A stretch of 32,000 nucleotides of DNA from an archaeon (lineage in GTDB: Archaea > Iainarchaeota > Iainarchaeia > Iainarchaeales > JANQMZ01). Position numbers and translations under genes: made by a program. Below are positions 31,035 to 32,000 of the stretch, piece after piece; within the stretch, counting starts at the first letter, position 1, and every line of letters starts with the position of its first letter. Under the pieces are notes generated by a model that saw only the letters and a list, made by a program, of their open reading frames with translations, was not told the DNA's origin and ran no database searches. The stretch lies in assembly GCA_028279805.1 (NCBI GenBank), contig JANQMZ010000007.1, positions 660,001 through 692,000 of the forward strand. The letters are read 5' to 3'.

Positions 31035-31574
31035 ATGTCTTTGGAGCAGGTGCATTCTCAAATTGTTTCCTGCACCAAATGTTCCTTGCATGAAAACAGG
31101 ACAAATGCTGTTCCCGGTGAAGGGAACAGGAATGCAAAAATTTTTTTTGTAGGAGAAGCTCCGGGAAGAAATGAAGATTTAACAGGAAAACCTTTTGTGG
31201 GTTCTGCTGGAAAAATTTTAACACAGCTTTTGGAAGAAAACGGTTTTTCAAGAGAAAATGTTTTCATAACTTCTATTTTAAAATGCCGTCCTCCTAAAAA
31301 CAGAAACCCGCATCAGAATGAAATTAAGGCATGTTCTCCTTATTTAACCCGGCAGATAAATTTAATAAAACCAAAACTTTTGGTTTCATTGGGGCAAACC
31401 GCTTTGTCTTTTTTTTCAAAAAACTCTAAACTAAGTGAAAAAAGAGGAACTTTGTTTGATTTTGAAAATTTTAAAGTGTTTTCAACTTATCATCCTGCCG
31501 CAGTTATTTATAACAGAACTCTTTTATCTGAATTAAAAAAAGATTTTAAAAAAATTTCAAAACTTGTTGTTTAA
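31035..31574 (+). CDS. udg: Uracil-DNA glycosylase, family 4 (Fe-S type)
   Basis: About 179 aa from ATG 31035. It has CTKCSLHENRTNAVPGEGNRNAKIFFVGEAPGRNEDLTGKPFVGSAGKIL, ILKCRPPKNRNP and ACSPYL. Confidence 0.85.
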   Translation: MSLEQVHSQIVSCTKCSLHENRTNAVPGEGNRNAKIFFVGEAPGRNEDLTGKPFVGSAGKILTQLLEENGFSRENVFITSILKCRPPKNRNPHQNEIKACSPYLTRQINLIKPKLLVSLGQTALSFFSKNSKLSEKRGTLFDFENFKVFSTYHPAAVIYNRTLLSELKKDFKKISKLVV

Positions 31575-32000
31575 TTTTTTCCTTTTATTTTGCTTGAACC
31601 TGGCCCTTTTTGTTTTAAGTATTTGCTTCCTTTTCTTTTATTGTAAGGTGTTTTGCTGGGACTTGACAATTCTTCAAAAGTTATTCTGCATATTTTCATT
31701 CCAGGCCAGAGTGAAACAGGAAGTTTTGAAATATTGGCAAGTTCAAGTGTTAGTTGTCCTTCAAACCCGGGATCAACTGAACCTGCAGTTGAATGAATAA
31801 CCAAACCTAATCTTCCAAGAGAGCTTCTCCCGTCAAGCCTTGCAATCAAATCGTCAGGCATTTTGACATATTCAATAGTGCTTGCCAGAACCAGTTCGCC
31901 CGGATGAATTGTAAAAGGTTTTCCTTTTTTTATTTTAATTAATTCTGTTAAATCGTTTGACAAGCCTTTTTTTGAATCAATATGAGTCATTTCAGTGTGT
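31571..32000 (-). CDS. dcd: dCTP deaminase / dUTPase-family protein (N-terminus beyond the window)
   Basis: It has RLDGRSSLGRLGLVIHSTAGSVDPGFEGQLTLELANISKLPVSLWPGMKICRITF. The frame stays open upstream of Met 31990 to the window end, and full-length Dcd proteins have about 40-60 more N-terminal residues. Confidence 0.8.
   Translation of the reverse strand, partial: HTEMTHIDSKKGLSNDLTELIKIKKGKPFTIHPGELVLASTIEYVKMPDDLIARLDGRSSLGRLGLVIHSTAGSVDPGFEGQLTLELANISKLPVSLWPGMKICRITFEELSSPSKTPYNKRKGSKYLKQKGPGSSKIKGKN

Noticed and set aside
1-32000. CRISPR arrays, rRNA genes, IS elements, integrases, toxin-antitoxin or recognisable defence systems
   Set aside because: Reading both strands, I found no regularly spaced direct repeats, no rRNA-like G+C-rich long non-coding stretch, and no transposase, integrase or defence-type motifs. 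Non-coding space is limited to short spacers.

Overview
This is an AT-rich, very gene-dense archaeal chromosome segment. G+C is about one-third or less by eye, and about 46 protein genes and 2 tRNAs sit on both strands, many with overlapping start and stop codons. Archaeal identity is shown by MCM helicase, aIF5A, Pelota, an Sm-like protein, ribosomal protein L15e, Elp3, an RNase P p30-like protein, an intron-containing tRNA, and nine proteins with class III (type IV pilin-like) signal peptides. The compact, reduced-looking gene set suggests a small-genome (DPANN-like) archaeon, but that is inference only. Most of the window is housekeeping: purF, pelota, apgM, metG, mcm, htpX/lemA, a TtuA/NcsA-type tRNA thiolase, family-4 UDG, dcd, cutA and acyP. 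The accessory content is a complete nine-gene Epd/Tad-like type IV pilus operon (22944-29312, minus strand). It has an ATPase, two separate half-size platform genes, three very short pilins (one 47-aa gene is missing from the ORF track), a prepilin peptidase and two larger pilin-like proteins. A second, assembly-gene-less cluster of four pilin-like genes lies at 5014-6652. Other notable observations follow. The aIF5A gene encodes Arg instead of the universally hypusinated Lys. One pilin has a 6-Cys, Asp-rich head and locally elevated G+C. MinD, Sm and an intron-containing tRNA-Ala form a tightly linked string preceded by a PATAN-like gene. A tandemly duplicated palindromic promoter module carries a compensatory base change. 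A G+C-rich stem plus T-run between cutA and udg is a candidate structured RNA. I saw no CRISPR array, rRNA, transposase or integrase. All functional calls come from motif recognition by eye and no database search was run.
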